Both the position numbers and the translations under genes were made by a program. Positions 50,552 through 53,194 of a stretch of 53,194 nucleotides of DNA are shown here, piece after piece. The notes under the pieces are model-generated. The model saw nothing but the letters and a program-made list of their open reading frames with translations, ran no database searches and was not told where the DNA came from. The stretch lies in contig CAYVCM010000003.1 of NCBI GenBank assembly GCA_964449925.1, positions 1 through 53,194 on the forward strand, in the 5' to 3' direction. This DNA is from an uncultured Clostridium sp. (GTDB taxonomy: Bacteria; Bacillota; Clostridia; TANB77; CAG-508). The first letter of the stretch is position 1; each line of letters begins with the position of its first letter.

Positions 50552-51492
50552 TATGTGTTCCCTCCTTCAATTAATTTCATGAAAGCATCTTCTAATGTTG
50601 CATCTGCTTTCTTCATTTCAAATATAGTTATATTTTCTTTTGCAAATTCTGAGAAAATCTTTTTTCTTAAATCTACATCTTTTTCTGCTTCAATTAAATA
50701 TTGTTTTGTTTTATCTGCATTTTCTTGAATTAACTTTATGTCTTTAATATCTTCTATTTTATCTTTAATATCTTTCATTTTGTTTTCTAAATCTTCAACT
50801 GTAACATAAATACAATTTTTATTGCTAACTTTATTCTCTAAGTTCTCTGGTGTATCAATTGCTACAATTTTACCTTTATTAATAATAATAACTTTATTAC
50901 AAACTTGGCTAACTTCTGATAAAATGTGTGAACTTAATATAACTGTATGTGTTTTTCCAAGTTCTCTAATTAGATTTCTAATCTCTGTAATTTGCTTTGG
51001 ATCTAGCCCTACTGTTGGCTCATCTAATATTAGTATTTTTGGTTCTCCTACTAAAGCTCCTGCCATACTTACTCTTTGCTTATAACCTCTAGATAAATTT
51101 CTTGTTAACTTGTTTTCTACTTCTTTTAGTCCTGTTTTTTCAATAATTTCTTGTACTTTTTCTTTTCTTATTTTTCTTGCTACATGTTTTAATTCTGCCA
51201 TATATGTTACAAATTCTTTTACAGTTAAGTCTGTGTAAAGAGGCACTCCTTCTGGCATGTATCCAATTTGTTGTTTAGCTTTTTTTGGTTTTTTTGATGT
51301 ATTGTATCCTTCAATAAAAACTTCTCCTGATGTTTGTTCTATGTAGCCTGTTAGGATGTTCATGGTTGTGCTTTTCCCTGCCCCATTTGGTCCAAGTAAA
51401 CCTACGATTTCTCCATTATTAATGGAAAAACTGATATCTTCTACGGCTACAGTCTTTCCATACTTTTTTGTAACATTTTTTACTTCTATCAC
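50551..51492 (-). CDS. ABC ATP-binding protein (GldA-like)
   Basis: GPNGAGKST, LSRGYKQRV, DEPT. Confidence 0.92.
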   Translation of the reverse strand: MIEVKNVTKKYGKTVAVEDISFSINNGEIVGLLGPNGAGKSTTMNILTGYIEQTSGEVFIEGYNTSKKPKKAKQQIGYMPEGVPLYTDLTVKEFVTYMAELKHVARKIRKEKVQEIIEKTGLKEVENKLTRNLSRGYKQRVSMAGALVGEPKILILDEPTVGLDPKQITEIRNLIRELGKTHTVILSSHILSEVSQVCNKVIIINKGKIVAIDTPENLENKVSNKNCIYVTVEDLENKMKDIKDKIEDIKDIKLIQENADKTKQYLIEAEKDVDLRKKIFSEFAKENITIFEMKKADATLEDAFMKLIEGGNT

Positions 51493-51597
51493 AAAAAATT
51501 CCTCCTTTGATATGATTTAATTATGAACATATTATCATTTTTGTTCATCAATGTAAAGCAATTCACAAAAAATTTACATTTTTACTTACGGAAAGCG

Positions 51598-51650
51598 ATG
51601 ATTTTGGGAACGGAGCAAAAAATCATCGTTTGCTCCGTTCCCAAAATCAT
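51598..51650. repeat. Perfect 22-bp inverted repeat (REP/MITE-like)
   Basis: ATGATTTTGGGAACGGAGCAAA and its reverse complement, 9-nt loop. Confidence 0.8.
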
Positions 51651-51682
51651 TACAGCATTTTTAATTTTTTTGTCTAAAATAA

Positions 51683-51711
51683 TTGACACGAGCTTGTATT
51701 TGTGCTATTAT
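51683..51711 (+). promoter_or_regulatory. Sigma-A promoter of tRNA-Arg
   Basis: TTGACA-17-TATTAT with TGn extension. Confidence 0.75.
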
Positions 51712-51731
51712 ATAAATTGTTATTTGGATAT

Positions 51732-51808
<77 letters not shown>

Positions 51809-52170
51809 GTTCCAAGAGATTTTTTCTCTACCAAGTACGTTATAAATATTTATGCTTTTGCATAGATATTTTTTTTTACAAAATAACTCTTTTAAAAAAT
51901 TGTAAAACTGTCAAACATTATATTTATTAAAACTTTTATGTTGCAAATGTTCTTGTCATGGTACTTATTTTGTCAGTAATAGGAATAGATAATTTTTTAG
52001 ATACTAGTTCAAAAAAATAACTGAAAAACTATTTTAAATTTATTTCTACACACTTAAAGCATATTATGATGATTAGCTAATAAAACCTACTTTCTGCTAG
52101 TTTTTTTATTGCAAAAATTATCTTGTTATGATATATTTTTTCTATACAAAATAATAAAAGGAGAGATTGT

Positions 52171-52686
52171 ATGAAATTATATATTGTTAGACATGGACAA
52201 ACAGAAGCTAATGTAAAACATTTATTTAATGGAAGAAATCAAAGAGATTTAACTGATTTTGGAGTGAAACAAGCTAAAACTTTGTCTAGTCAGATGAAAA
52301 ATTTAAATATTGACTTAATATTTTGCTCACCTTTAAAAAGAACTATACATACAGCAAACATTTTAAATGTTAATGATTTGGATATAATTATTGATGATAG
52401 ACTTATTGAAAGAGATTTTGGCAGTTTTACTTTAAAATCAGTAGATTTAATAAAAGATAAGTCAAAGTTATACAGTTTAGAAGAAAATGAAATAGAAGAA
52501 GTTGAATCTTATAAATCCGTTTATACGAGGGTATCAAATTTTATTGAAGAACTTAAAAAGAACTATTATGAGAAAAATATTCTGATTGTTACACATGGAG
52601 ATATCGTTGTTGCTTTTCAGGAATATTTACATCAAAAAAACAATGAATATCCAAAAACTTGTACATTAATAAAATACGACTTGTAA
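52171..52686 (+). CDS. Histidine phosphatase family protein
   Basis: RHGQT, SPLKR, VTHG. Confidence 0.9.
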   Translation: MKLYIVRHGQTEANVKHLFNGRNQRDLTDFGVKQAKTLSSQMKNLNIDLIFCSPLKRTIHTANILNVNDLDIIIDDRLIERDFGSFTLKSVDLIKDKSKLYSLEENEIEEVESYKSVYTRVSNFIEELKKNYYEKNILIVTHGDIVVAFQEYLHQKNNEYPKTCTLIKYDL

Positions 52687-52767
52687 AAATAATTTAATTT
52701 ATTAAAGTAGAACAAGAAAAATGATATGTCATAAATTCAGTAAAATTACAATTAATGGGAGTGGAAT

Positions 52768-53142
52768 ATGATAAAAATAGATAATTTTTATTTTGTGGTG
52801 GAAGACATAAATAAATCAATTAGCTTTTATACGAAATTATTTAAAAAGAAACCTACCAATATTACTGAAGATAGGTGGGCTGATTGGGAAAATGAGCATA
52901 ATAAAGTGTATTTTGGTATAATTTCTATTGAGGCAACAGGAGATAGAAGAATCATAGGCAATAACGGAGTGTTAGGATTATATACTGATAATATAGATAA
53001 AGCATTTAATACATGTAAAGAAATTGGTGCAAAAATTTTATATAAACCAGAAAAAATACCTAATAGTTTAGATAATTATACTTGCTTTGCAATTGAAGAT
53101 TTAGATGGAAATAAAATAGAAATTTCATACTATGATAAGTAA
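52768..53142 (+). CDS. VOC/glyoxalase family protein
   Basis: SISFY..LF, DLDGNKIE. Confidence 0.85.
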   Translation: MIKIDNFYFVVEDINKSISFYTKLFKKKPTNITEDRWADWENEHNKVYFGIISIEATGDRRIIGNNGVLGLYTDNIDKAFNTCKEIGAKILYKPEKIPNSLDNYTCFAIEDLDGNKIEISYYDK

Positions 53143-53146
53143 TCAT

Positions 53147-53170
53147 AACCACCAGTAAAACTGGTGGTTT
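53147..53170. other. Hairpin: terminator or IS200/IS605-like end
   Basis: AACCACCAGT-AAA-ACTGGTGGTT at the window edge. Confidence 0.45.
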
Positions 53171-53194
53171 GCTCTTAGCCTAGAAGGCTTTTGT

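Overview
Very AT-rich Firmicute DNA (Clostridia-like). About 1-37.3 kb is an integrated conjugative/plasmid-like element with cargo: a two-component system plus ABC exporter, a Spo0A-like regulator, a TnpI/Xer-like recombinase with its resolution site, a leading region (RDF-like, SMC-like, S6, SSB, PcfK/PcfJ, ArdC, primase) and a Gram-positive T4SS operon. It abuts an initiator tRNA-Met locus. About 37.5-53 kb is ordinary chromosome (SufBD/SufC, ComEA, D,D-carboxypeptidase, LCP, Gld-like ABC, tRNA-Arg). Main observation: six element genes (primase, VirD4, M23 hydrolase, VirB6-like, VirB4, pilin) look fragmented, but all 13 breaks are the same event. Each is an in-frame CGG where skipping one C, i.e. 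reading CGGN as Gly, restores the conserved protein. The pattern follows the coding strand and frame, which suggests systematic +1 recoding or quadruplet Gly decoding rather than random decay. Other signals: an invertible-looking ORF cassette, an sRNA/small-ORF pair with complementary terminator loops, ssrA-like C-termini, and conserved SD-sequestering hairpins. All family calls come from motif recognition only; no searches were run.
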